From Bacillota bacterium (GTDB lineage Bacteria > Bacillota > Dethiobacteria > DTU022): a stretch of 42,382 nt of DNA. The stretch covers positions 1-42,382 of the forward strand of contig JAPXLS010000001.1 in the NCBI GenBank assembly GCA_033809435.1, in the 5' to 3' direction. This document shows, one piece after another, positions 27,628 to 36,147 of the stretch. The notes under the pieces were generated by a model, which had not been told where the DNA came from, did not search any database, and saw nothing but the letters and a program-made list of their open reading frames with translations. The position numbers were made by a program, and so were the translations under genes. Position 1 is the stretch's first letter; every line of letters begins with the position of its first letter.

Positions 27628-28650
27628 TCACAGCGGCACTATCCGGCCCAGGCCGCACTCCAGGGCGCGGTTGAACATCTCCCTGCCCAGGACTACATCG
27701 CAGACCGCTATGCCTATGTTGCTGCAGACAATGAGCTCATTTTCGCTCTCCCTGCCCGGGGCCAGGCCGGCCAGAACCTCCCCCGTTTCGCAGGTTATCT
27801 GCGGCAGCCCCCCGGGGAAGTAGCCCATCTTGTCAAAAAGTCTATGTTCGTCAATGCTGTCGACAATGTATTTGTCGGCCCGCCTGGGGATGGCGGGATC
27901 CCAGAAGGTGTTTAGATCACAGGGCAAAATCGTTTGCCCCGGCACCACCCAGTCATCCTTGACCACGGCCAGGGGGTCCAGCAAGATAACCGTAGCCGAA
28001 CTCAGAACCTGGCAGTTCTTGACAACCTCTTCAGGGCATCCAGCGCGGACAATTTCCACATCCAGGTGCGGCTGAACTTTATGAATGAGATTATCCATGG
28101 CCTCGGCTCTAACATCATAGACATATATTTTCTGCAGTTTTTCCAGCACGTGCACCATGTACCTGCAATGCTCTATACCCTGCACACCGCAGCCGAACAT
28201 GCCGAATGTCTCGGCCTGGGGATGCAGCGCCTCCGCGGCGAGCACGGTTACCGCCGGCGTGCGCATGGCCGTAACTATTGTAGCATCCATCACCGCAAGG
28301 GGACAACCCGACAGAACATCATTTATGACCAGCAGGCCCGTTGTCTGGGGCAGGTTGAACTTCGTTGGATTGGAAGGGTAGCATTCAATCCATTTCAGAC
28401 CCACGGCCTTATTTCCTGGGACATAAGCGGGCATGGCATGGAAAAATACCTCGCTGAAGGGATGCACCCCCACCTTTGCCGGCATTTCGTATTCTTTTTG
28501 GCCGTGGGCGATGAGGGCCCCGCGAATGAGGGCCAGTATATCCTGTTCGGTCAGGGCTGTTTTCTCCACATCATCTTTGGAGAGGTAGAGCAGCTCCCGG
28601 CCAATTTCAAGTTTACCAGAAATCCAATGGCGATCTGCAGCTAAATCCAT
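27628..28650 (-). CDS. ornithine cyclodeaminase / mu-crystallin family protein
   Basis: About 340 aa. Rossmann motif FGCGVQG. Family-typical ..TAMRTPAVTVLAA.. The ATG at 28650 is preceded by AGGGTGGTAGGA. The track start at 28659 is GTG. Confidence 0.8.
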   Translation of the reverse strand: MDLAADRHWISGKLEIGRELLYLSKDDVEKTALTEQDILALIRGALIAHGQKEYEMPAKVGVHPFSEVFFHAMPAYVPGNKAVGLKWIECYPSNPTKFNLPQTTGLLVINDVLSGCPLAVMDATIVTAMRTPAVTVLAAEALHPQAETFGMFGCGVQGIEHCRYMVHVLEKLQKIYVYDVRAEAMDNLIHKVQPHLDVEIVRAGCPEEVVKNCQVLSSATVILLDPLAVVKDDWVVPGQTILPCDLNTFWDPAIPRRADKYIVDSIDEHRLFDKMGYFPGGLPQITCETGEVLAGLAPGRESENELIVCSNIGIAVCDVVLGREMFNRALECGLGRIVPL

Positions 28651-28785
28651 TCCTACCACCCTTTGTCAGTGTATCCGAATTGTATCGGCTGTTCGTATAA
28701 CAAAAATGCTGCAACAGCAATAAATATTGTTTTTTTGAATACAGGCGGTGTGCTCCATTTTAAGGTTGCCGGCAACAGCTCCTTT

Positions 28786-28813
28786 AAAAAACATTGCGGG
28801 GCGCATCCCCGCA
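28786..28813 (-). terminator. intrinsic-terminator-like hairpin inside the 5' leader (candidate attenuator; could also terminate the regulator transcript)
   Basis: The minus strand reads UGCGGGG-AUGCG-CCCCGCA followed by AUG UUUUUU (7-bp GC stem, 5-nt loop, 6 U after a 3-nt spacer). It lies about 100 nt downstream of the -12 element and about 135 nt upstream of the OCD-family start. Confidence 0.5.
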
Positions 28814-28915
28814 GCAGTCCGGTAAGATGGGGCCGGCCGCTGCGGCCTTATCTCCGGAACCCGGCCCCTGCGAAATAACCGGTTCAAGGATGATGGCCCG
28901 CTCGCCCTGTACAAA

Positions 28916-28931
28916 TGCAAGTTTTATGCCA
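28916..28931 (-). promoter_or_regulatory. sigma-54 (-24/-12) promoter
   Basis: The minus strand reads CTGGCATAAAACTTGCATTT. TGGCAT-N5-TTGCA has exactly the consensus GG-to-GC spacing of TGGCAC-N5-TTGCW. It lies 24 nt downstream of the stop of a sigma-54 enhancer-binding protein gene and upstream of the OCD/MttB gene string. Confidence 0.7.
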
Positions 28932-28954
28932 GCAGCGGTGGGCCGAGCCGCATC

Positions 28955-30736
28955 TTATCTGAGATTGTATTTTTTTAAGCGATAATAGAGGCGCTGCCTG
29001 CTCATGCCCAGCGCTGACGCAGCCCTGCTTATATTTCCCCCGGTTTTACGCAAGGCCAGCATAATCTTTGCCTTCTCCTGCTTTTGAATCTCCTCGAAAA
29101 TGCCGCCCCCGGCTTCATCACCCGAAGCCTGTTCAGCAGCCACTCCATTTTTAGCCCTTTCTTCCGTCCCCCGGAGCGATAGGGGCGGCACGCTTTTCCC
29201 ATGCTGCATGCTTGGCAGATGCCTGGGGATGTGCTCGATTTTGATGGGTCCCTCACCGGATTGAACCAGATTCATGGCGCATTCAATGCAATGCGCCAGC
29301 TGCCTGACATTCCCGGGCCAGCTGTAGCGGTGAAACATCTCCATAACCTCTGTGCTGACTCCGGCCACATTTTTCAGCATCGCAACATTGTATTTTTCAA
29401 CAAAATACCCTGTCAATATCTCCAGGTCGTCCAGGCGCTCGCGCAGGGGAGGGATATAGATATAGACAACGGCCAGCCGATAGAAGAGATCATCGCGCAG
29501 CTGCCCCTTTTCAATGGCTATGGAAGGCTCGATGTTGCAGCTGCTGATGATCCTCAAATCTACCGGAATTTTTTCCTTGCCGCCCAGTCTCATGATTTTT
29601 TTCTCTTCCACCACTCTGAGCAGCTTGCTCTGCAGCTCCACGGGCATGGCGTTTATTTCATCCAGAAAGAATGTACCGCCTCCGGCCAGCTCGATCAGCC
29701 CCGCCCTGTCCACGGCCCCTGTAAAGGCCCCCTTGGTGGTCCCGAAGAGAATCCCTTCCAACAGGTTGCCCGGAATGGCGGCGCAGTTGATTGCCAGAAA
29801 GGGCCCGCCGGAACGGCCGCCGGCCGCATGAATGCTCTGGGCAAACATCTCCTTCCCGGTGCCCGTTTCGCCGTAGATCAATACCGTGGAGTCGCTCCTG
29901 GCGCCCGCCTTGCCCCATTCAATGCATTCAAGCAGGCGCTTGTTTTTGCCGATAATCTGCTCAAAGGTATAGCTGGTATCCCTCTTGTTTCCTTTTACCC
30001 TGGCCCTTCCCGGCGCACCGGGGCCTTCATGGAATTGCAGGATCTTTTCCGCCATCTCCTTGAATTTGGGGAAATCCTTGGTTATGGCGGCGGCGCCGAT
30101 CAGTTTGCCCTCCTGGTAAAGGGGAATGGAGCTGCAGACAACGCTCACATATTTCCCCTTGCCGGTAACATAATTTTGATAAACGTCATAAAACGATTTC
30201 CCTTCTTTCAGGGATTGTAAAACCAGCGATGTGCTCTCATCCAGGTTGTATACCTCTTTCCAGCTCTTGCCCATCACCGTATCATCCAGCCCGTCTATCT
30301 CCTTTTGCGAGGGGTTGATGAATATGATGTTGCCGGCGGCATCGGCCACATGAATCCCCTCATCAATTGAATTCAGGATGCTTTCGTACATGTCTTTTGT
30401 CTGCTTCAGCTCGGCATAGCGGTGGCCCAGCTCAATGCTGAAGGGTTTGTCGGAAATAAACAATACTCTGTACCAGCCCTCTCCGGCTTCTGCCGCGGCA
30501 GTTCTGACAATCAGCTCCCTGTTGCTGTTTTTGATCCTGTAATTGCTGATCTCCCTGTCGCAATCAAGCCCCGGCAGGATCACATCCACCGGAAAACCGG
30601 TGATCCCCGCCGCCGGCTGGCCGAGCATGCGCTCCAGTTTCCGGTTGCACTTGACGATAATACCCCGGCTGTCAACCATGACCACTCCATCGTGGATGGA
30701 TTCCAGCAGCGCATCAAGGAGAAACGTTTCATCCAT
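28955..30736 (-). CDS. sigma-54-dependent transcriptional activator with N-terminal PAS domains (PAS-PAS-AAA+-Fis HTH)
   Basis: Walker A GETGTGKE, the sigma-54 contact motif GAFTGA, Walker B FFLDEI, and a C-terminal HTH GGNISRAASALGMSRQRLYYRLKK. The ATG at 30736 is preceded by AAAGGGGA. The track start at 30808 is TTG without an SD. Confidence 0.9.
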   Translation of the reverse strand: MDETFLLDALLESIHDGVVMVDSRGIIVKCNRKLERMLGQPAAGITGFPVDVILPGLDCDREISNYRIKNSNRELIVRTAAAEAGEGWYRVLFISDKPFSIELGHRYAELKQTKDMYESILNSIDEGIHVADAAGNIIFINPSQKEIDGLDDTVMGKSWKEVYNLDESTSLVLQSLKEGKSFYDVYQNYVTGKGKYVSVVCSSIPLYQEGKLIGAAAITKDFPKFKEMAEKILQFHEGPGAPGRARVKGNKRDTSYTFEQIIGKNKRLLECIEWGKAGARSDSTVLIYGETGTGKEMFAQSIHAAGGRSGGPFLAINCAAIPGNLLEGILFGTTKGAFTGAVDRAGLIELAGGGTFFLDEINAMPVELQSKLLRVVEEKKIMRLGGKEKIPVDLRIISSCNIEPSIAIEKGQLRDDLFYRLAVVYIYIPPLRERLDDLEILTGYFVEKYNVAMLKNVAGVSTEVMEMFHRYSWPGNVRQLAHCIECAMNLVQSGEGPIKIEHIPRHLPSMQHGKSVPPLSLRGTEERAKNGVAAEQASGDEAGGGIFEEIQKQEKAKIMLALRKTGGNISRAASALGMSRQRLYYRLKKYNLR

Positions 30737-31061
30737 CAAGGGACATCCCCTTTCAGCAGGATGTGCTGCAATTCTATATATTGCGCATCTCCTTCGTTTC
30801 CTTTTCAACAGAAGGGGGCAAAAAACCTTTTGGATTGCAATGTTTTTGTATGATTTTGTAGGTTATTTTGCGAATTGGACACATTTTATACATACTTGTC
30901 TTTAACGGGGAACCGGATCGACAGATGATTGTCAAGCCGCTCCGGTGGATGGCTGCCTGCGAAAAAAACGTATTGGGGTTAGATATCCGGGGGCAACAAA
31001 GCGCAAACCAACGCGTCAATTGGCTGCCGGACACCATGCACAGATAAAAGCGCAGGCCCGG

Positions 31062-32063
31062 TTATTCTCTTTTGCTGAAATAGGTTGAAGTCAGTGCAAC
31101 AGCCAGCACTACCCCTTTTACGATGTTCAGCGAATAATAGGGGACCGACATCATGACCAGACCATTTTCCAGAACACCTACCAGAACCGCGCCCAGAAAG
31201 GTGCCGAAAGCATTTGGTTTTTTCTGCCCGGCAAAGGAAAACCCGATAAATGCAGCAGCCACTGCGGGCATAAGATAACCGGCGCCGGCATTAATCTGGG
31301 CAGAACCGATCCTGGAGGCAATCATGATCCCGCCAAGGGCAGCCAGCGCGGTTGAAGCTATGTAGGCAATTGCCCGGTAGCCATGCACCGGTATGCCTGA
31401 AAGGCGCGCAGCTTCAATATTGCCGCCAACCATGTACATGTAGCGGCCATGCTTGGTATAATTGAGGAAAATATGTACCAGCAGCACTACCATGATCATG
31501 ATGATAATGATGTATGGCGCTTGACCGATCAGCCTGAATTGCCGGGAAAGCACACCGATGGTAGGGGTGCCGTCAAGGCGGGGCATGCCTGCGCTTATTG
31601 ATCCGCCTCCCGTGTATGTCATGGCCACACCTTCAAACAAGAATAAAGTCGACAATGTTGCCAGCATATCGGGTATTTTTACCTTGACAATTAAAAATAT
31701 ATTGACCAGGGCGATTACAAGTGTTACCGCAAGGGCAATGAGGATGGAAAATGTGGTGGACATGCTGTGCCATACAAACATGGAAACAACGAGGGAGCTG
31801 GCAAAAGTGGCGGCAGAGCCGATAGACAGGTCGAGGCCGTTGACACTTAGCGATACGGTCAGGCCGATGGCGATAACGGTGACGATGGAAATGCTCCTGA
31901 AGATGTTAAGGATATTCGAACTGGTTATGAACTGCGGCATGGTCAATGCAAAGAAAAATACAAGAACCACAATGGCCAGGACAGTACCCCAACTGGTTAA
32001 AAAATTAACAAGTTTGACGAGGAAACCGCTATCAGTTTTGACCGCCTTTACAGCACTGCTCAT
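31062..32063 (-). CDS. sugar ABC transporter permease (RbsC/branched-chain BPD_transp_2 type)
   Basis: 333 aa, about 9-10 TM segments, RbsC-like. The ATG lies 3 nt after the ATPase stop, with a GGGGGAA SD. Confidence 0.9.
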   Translation of the reverse strand: MSSAVKAVKTDSGFLVKLVNFLTSWGTVLAIVVLVFFFALTMPQFITSSNILNIFRSISIVTVIAIGLTVSLSVNGLDLSIGSAATFASSLVVSMFVWHSMSTTFSILIALAVTLVIALVNIFLIVKVKIPDMLATLSTLFLFEGVAMTYTGGGSISAGMPRLDGTPTIGVLSRQFRLIGQAPYIIIIMIMVVLLVHIFLNYTKHGRYMYMVGGNIEAARLSGIPVHGYRAIAYIASTALAALGGIMIASRIGSAQINAGAGYLMPAVAAAFIGFSFAGQKKPNAFGTFLGAVLVGVLENGLVMMSVPYYSLNIVKGVVLAVALTSTYFSKRE

Positions 32064-32066
32064 TCG

Positions 32067-33584
32067 CTATTTTCCCCCAGTAGAGTAATAGAGTATTTCC
32101 TCCTCATCGGTGTCAGAGGTCTTCAGTTCTTTGATTATTTTCCCGGCATACATGACGTAGATTCTATCTGTAATCATCAGCACTTCCGCGAACTCGTTGG
32201 AAGCATAGATTATACCTTTCCCCCCGGCAGCCAGACTGCCAATGAGATCAAACATATCTCTTTTGGCGCCAACATCCACGCCCTTGGTCGGTTCATCGAA
32301 GATATACACCTGACCGTCAGCCATGAGCCATTTCCCTACGGCGACCTTTTGCTGGTTGCCTCCGGAGAGATAGGCCACCTTTTGATTCTCGCTGGGAGTT
32401 ACTATTCCAAGCTTTCCAATCATCTTTTTGGCCGCAGCGCGCTCTTCCTGTGGTTTAAGAAAATTGAGGTAAGTGAAAGCGGCTAGATTCGCTGCGGTGA
32501 GATTGCAGAAGACGGGTTCTTCAACGAGCACGCCTTCCCTGCGCCTCTCTTCAGGCACCAGCGCCAACCCCTGCCTGACAGCTGTATATGGGGCGGCAAC
32601 CGCTATTTTCCTGCCCCCCAATTCTATTTCTCCCGACAGTACGGGCAAGGCTCCAAAAAGAGTTTTACACAATTCTGTCTTCCCCGCTCCAACCAAGCCG
32701 GCAATGCCCACAATTTCCCCGGAGCGAACATAAAAGTTTATATCCCTGATACCGCCATGTTTTCCGGATAGATTTCTTACATTCAGAAGCTCGCCGCCAA
32801 TCTCCACATCCTGTTTGATGTAGCTCTCTTCCATTTTGCCGCCCAGCATGAGCTCCACTGCCTGCTTTGGAGTCAGGCCCGCTATCTCTCTTTGGGCGAC
32901 GACCCTGCCGTCCTTCATAACGGTTATCTCTTCGCAGATCTCGAATACCTCAGGCAACCGGTGAGAAATAAATACAACACCAGCATTGTGATTTGAGGCC
33001 AGATCGTGAATGATGCGGAACAGCTCTTCTGTTTCTTTGGAGCTCAGGGAGGCCGTAGGTTCATCAAGAATAAAGAACCGCTGCTTTTTGACCATGGCGC
33101 GCGCAATCAAGGTCATCTGTTTTTGGGCTATGGTCAGATCCTGCACCCGTGTTCTTGTGTTTATCTTTATACCCAGGCGCTCCAGCACTTTTCCGGCTAC
33201 CCTGTGCACCTCCTGCCAGTTGATGAATAACCGGCTTTTCATCCCGCTGACCAGAAAATCCAGCATGATATTTTCTGCCACATCGAGGTACGGCACCAGG
33301 GCAGTGTCTACTTCCTGGTGAACAATATCTATCCCCAGCTCCTTCGCTTCCCGGGGCAGGCGAATGGTGACCTCCTCCCCGTCGATGTATATACTTCCGG
33401 TATAATGGCCGTAGGCGCCTGAAAGTACTTTCATCAGCGTTGACTTGCCGGCCCCGTTCGTGCCTACAAGGGCGTAGATACGACCTGTTTCCACTGTTAA
33501 ATCAACGTCTTTCAAAGCCTTCACGCCTGGAAATTCGATGGATATATTCTTCATTTCCAGTTTGTGTCGCTCTTTTGGTTGCAT
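32067..33584 (-). CDS. sugar ABC transporter ATP-binding protein, duplicated NBD (RbsA/MglA-like)
   Basis: Two ABC cassettes (GTNGAGKST ... LDEPTASL and a second signature LSGGNQQKV ... FDEPTKGVD). Preferred start is the ATG at 33584; the ATG at 33554 is an alternative. The ORF extension to 33680 is unsupported. Confidence 0.9.
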   Translation of the reverse strand: MQPKERHKLEMKNISIEFPGVKALKDVDLTVETGRIYALVGTNGAGKSTLMKVLSGAYGHYTGSIYIDGEEVTIRLPREAKELGIDIVHQEVDTALVPYLDVAENIMLDFLVSGMKSRLFINWQEVHRVAGKVLERLGIKINTRTRVQDLTIAQKQMTLIARAMVKKQRFFILDEPTASLSSKETEELFRIIHDLASNHNAGVVFISHRLPEVFEICEEITVMKDGRVVAQREIAGLTPKQAVELMLGGKMEESYIKQDVEIGGELLNVRNLSGKHGGIRDINFYVRSGEIVGIAGLVGAGKTELCKTLFGALPVLSGEIELGGRKIAVAAPYTAVRQGLALVPEERRREGVLVEEPVFCNLTAANLAAFTYLNFLKPQEERAAAKKMIGKLGIVTPSENQKVAYLSGGNQQKVAVGKWLMADGQVYIFDEPTKGVDVGAKRDMFDLIGSLAAGGKGIIYASNEFAEVLMITDRIYVMYAGKIIKELKTSDTDEEEILYYSTGGK

Positions 33585-33773
33585 ATTCCTCACCATAGAG
33601 ATTAACAAATTTGCAAAGCATGCATGCATACTTCCGGGTACCCCAGATGTACAATCACGGCGCAACCGGGTTTTCGTCAAACAGGAAAGAGGAGAGAGAA
33701 AGCTGATGCAAACCCCCTCTCCTCTCCCATTCAGTCTCCGCCGTTCAGCGTTTTGCCTCTCCTCAAGGCCTGC

Positions 33774-34907
33774 TTAATTTGCATAATGGGCGCGCAGAAT
33801 ACCCATCCAGGATTCGTTGAAAGCATCGGTAACTCCCCATCCCTTGACGGCTTCATGCAGGTTGAGCATACTTGTTCCAGGCGACAACTGCTCTTGTTTG
33901 ATCAGGTTTGCCTCAAGATCGTAATTGTCCGGGGTAGCCTCCCCGGCCAGCTTTTTGGCCAGCAGCCGCATGTTTACCCTTCCGATCAAAGCAGGGTCAA
34001 CGGCGGCGGTAGATACCCAATTGCTGCCCTCTTCCAACATAAGGTTGATATCCTGGTTGGAGATATCAATGGATATAAGGGGCATCTCCGTGCGGTTGTT
34101 TTCTTTCAAAGCAGTGTAAGCTCCCTTGGCCATTTCATCCCAGCATGCCCAAACTGCATCGATCTCCCCAGCGGGATACTTCGCCAGCACCGCCGCTACC
34201 TTGTCTGCAATATCTCCCTGGACATCCTGGAAGTTGGTCACCCCGATCGTCTCCAGGGTGGTGATTTTGCCGGCTTCCTCAAATTCTTCGTAGGTAACCT
34301 GGCGCCTGTCAAGGGGCGGAAAACCCGCCATCCAGAGCTTGATTACTCTTACAGGCTCTCCCGATTCTGAAAGTGCAGCCACCTCTTCCAGCGAGAGTCT
34401 GGCCAGCTCGAAATCATCCTGGAAAGTGGTGGTAATCTCGGGCAGCGTCTGCCCGTCTTTTTCGATTACCGTGTCAAAAACGACAACCTCGATTCCCGCT
34501 TCAACGGCAGGTTCGAGCATGTCGTAAGAATAGCTGTCTTTGCCATGAGAAACGATCAGCCCGTCATAACCTTTCTGAATGGCCTGGTTGACCAACTCCT
34601 GGAACCTGACATCATCAGCTTCGGAGATGAACGTATCTACCTTGAACCCAAAGGCCTGGCCTTCGGCTCTGGCCCCGTCCAGAAATTGCGTGGTATGGTC
34701 ATCAGAAGCCAGATTCCGGATGACAGCGATTTCCAAACCGCCCTGGACACCTTCAGGCACGCCATCAAGGACCTCTTCGTCTGCGGGAACTGCGGGCTGT
34801 GGACTGCAGGACGCTAACAGCAACAGGCTTGCAACCAGCAACACCATCAGTACCTTTTTCACTTCTCCATTCCCCCTTGCAATTTTAGTAATCGGTTGAC
34901 TCTCCAT
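33774..34907 (-). CDS. sugar-binding lipoprotein, periplasmic-binding-protein type I (RbsB-like)
   Basis: Lipobox LLLLASC. Peripla_BP_4-like core. The track ORF to 35021 overlaps the RLP gene. Candidate starts are the ATG at 34907 and the GTG at 34862 (AGGGGG SD, 9-nt spacer). Confidence 0.85.
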   Translation of the reverse strand: MESQPITKIARGNGEVKKVLMVLLVASLLLLASCSPQPAVPADEEVLDGVPEGVQGGLEIAVIRNLASDDHTTQFLDGARAEGQAFGFKVDTFISEADDVRFQELVNQAIQKGYDGLIVSHGKDSYSYDMLEPAVEAGIEVVVFDTVIEKDGQTLPEITTTFQDDFELARLSLEEVAALSESGEPVRVIKLWMAGFPPLDRRQVTYEEFEEAGKITTLETIGVTNFQDVQGDIADKVAAVLAKYPAGEIDAVWACWDEMAKGAYTALKENNRTEMPLISIDISNQDINLMLEEGSNWVSTAAVDPALIGRVNMRLLAKKLAGEATPDNYDLEANLIKQEQLSPGTSMLNLHEAVKGWGVTDAFNESWMGILRAHYAN

Positions 34908-34965
34908 CCCCTGGCCTTTACTGCGGTTTATCCCTGTACCGACAACACCTCCCTTTTTCTGCCGA

Positions 34966-36123
34966 CTACATCTCAACATGGTAATCTTCAACGAGTTTGC
35001 GAAAATAACGGCTGCTTTCAATCAGGTCGGGACCGTGTTTAAAAAGACCGCCTCCAACGAGGAATATTACATCATTGCCATAGACGGACAGCATATCAGG
35101 AATGCTCTCCAGGCTCATGCCGCCGGCGGGGCAGGGGAAAATGGGCTTTATCTCTCCCATGGTTACGGCAGTGCCGCGAACGATATCCTTGCATTCCGCC
35201 CTGGTGAAGGGAAACCGCCCGCCAAAGTTGGGATAGATGGTGCCGTCCGCTCCGGCCAGGCGGGCAAACTGCCCGAAGAGCGTGTAATGGGAAATTCCTG
35301 AGGCGCTATTAACATAGCTCCCCAGAAAAGAGGGATGAGCAAAAATGGGCAGCCCATAGCCATCATCCTCGGCAATCTCACGCATGGTTTCGTACCCCGT
35401 TAATCCGGGAGAGATGAGGATCCCGCCTGCGCCAAGATCCCTGGCCATTGCGGTTCTCTTGACCACATCGCTGTGCGAAGCAGTCACATTGGGCAAGTAA
35501 AGACAGCGATTCCCTGTCTGTGCATTGGCCCTGTTGACAGCTTCGGAGCAAAGTCTTATTCTTTCCTCGAAGGGAGAAAAGGGTTGGTTTGATATTCCGT
35601 GGTCATCCTTGATCAGGTCAATGCCTCCCAGCGCAAACTTGTAAGCCAGCGCCGCCAACTGACTGGAGGACAACCCCATAGGCTTAAGCGCGGTAAATAG
35701 AAGCGGCCGTTTATCGACTTTCAACAGATTCCGCAACCCCTTCCGGCCAAACCTGGGACCGGCAAAATTCTTAAGTATTGCCCGGGACAGGCGTACCTCT
35801 TCAACCCGGATACCCCGTTTCATGCTTATGTTGCCGTATACTACATTAATCAGCTGGGTCAGCTCACCGGCCGCAAGCTCCACGGCGTAGCTGATCACGG
35901 TTTGATAAAGATTCTCGCCATGGGGTTCAAAGGATATGATGCTTCCGGCGATCTGCTCTTTAATCGCCCCGGGCGGGAGCATCTCTTCCGGAAATTCCAC
36001 AGTCTGCTCATAACAGATATCCTTTGCCTTTGCGTAAGCTTTCCGTTCACTGCCTTCAATGTTATACACAACTGAAAAAGAATCGCCCGATAGTTTCAAT
36101 CCGGGAGTTTCAAAAAAAGACAT
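34966..36123 (-). CDS. RuBisCO-like protein (form IV large-subunit homologue)
   Basis: 385 aa from the ATG at 36123 (GGGGGAG SD). RuBisCO large-subunit motif equivalents are LKPMGLS (KPKLGLS), GGIDLIKDDHG (GGLDFTKDDEN), PIFAHPS (HRA), YPNFGGRF, PCPAGGMS and LVGGGLF. It is too short and too divergent for a carboxylase. Confidence 0.85.
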   Translation of the reverse strand: MSFFETPGLKLSGDSFSVVYNIEGSERKAYAKAKDICYEQTVEFPEEMLPPGAIKEQIAGSIISFEPHGENLYQTVISYAVELAAGELTQLINVVYGNISMKRGIRVEEVRLSRAILKNFAGPRFGRKGLRNLLKVDKRPLLFTALKPMGLSSSQLAALAYKFALGGIDLIKDDHGISNQPFSPFEERIRLCSEAVNRANAQTGNRCLYLPNVTASHSDVVKRTAMARDLGAGGILISPGLTGYETMREIAEDDGYGLPIFAHPSFLGSYVNSASGISHYTLFGQFARLAGADGTIYPNFGGRFPFTRAECKDIVRGTAVTMGEIKPIFPCPAGGMSLESIPDMLSVYGNDVIFLVGGGLFKHGPDLIESSRYFRKLVEDYHVEM

Positions 36124-36147
36124 TCGCTCCACTCCCCCGCAGTCTGC

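Noticed and set aside
34908-35021. N-terminal extension of the sugar-binding protein ORF overlapping the 3' end of the RLP gene.
   Set aside because: The lipoprotein signal peptide starts only after the ATG at 34907 or the GTG at 34862. The extension has no SD and overlaps the RLP coding sequence.
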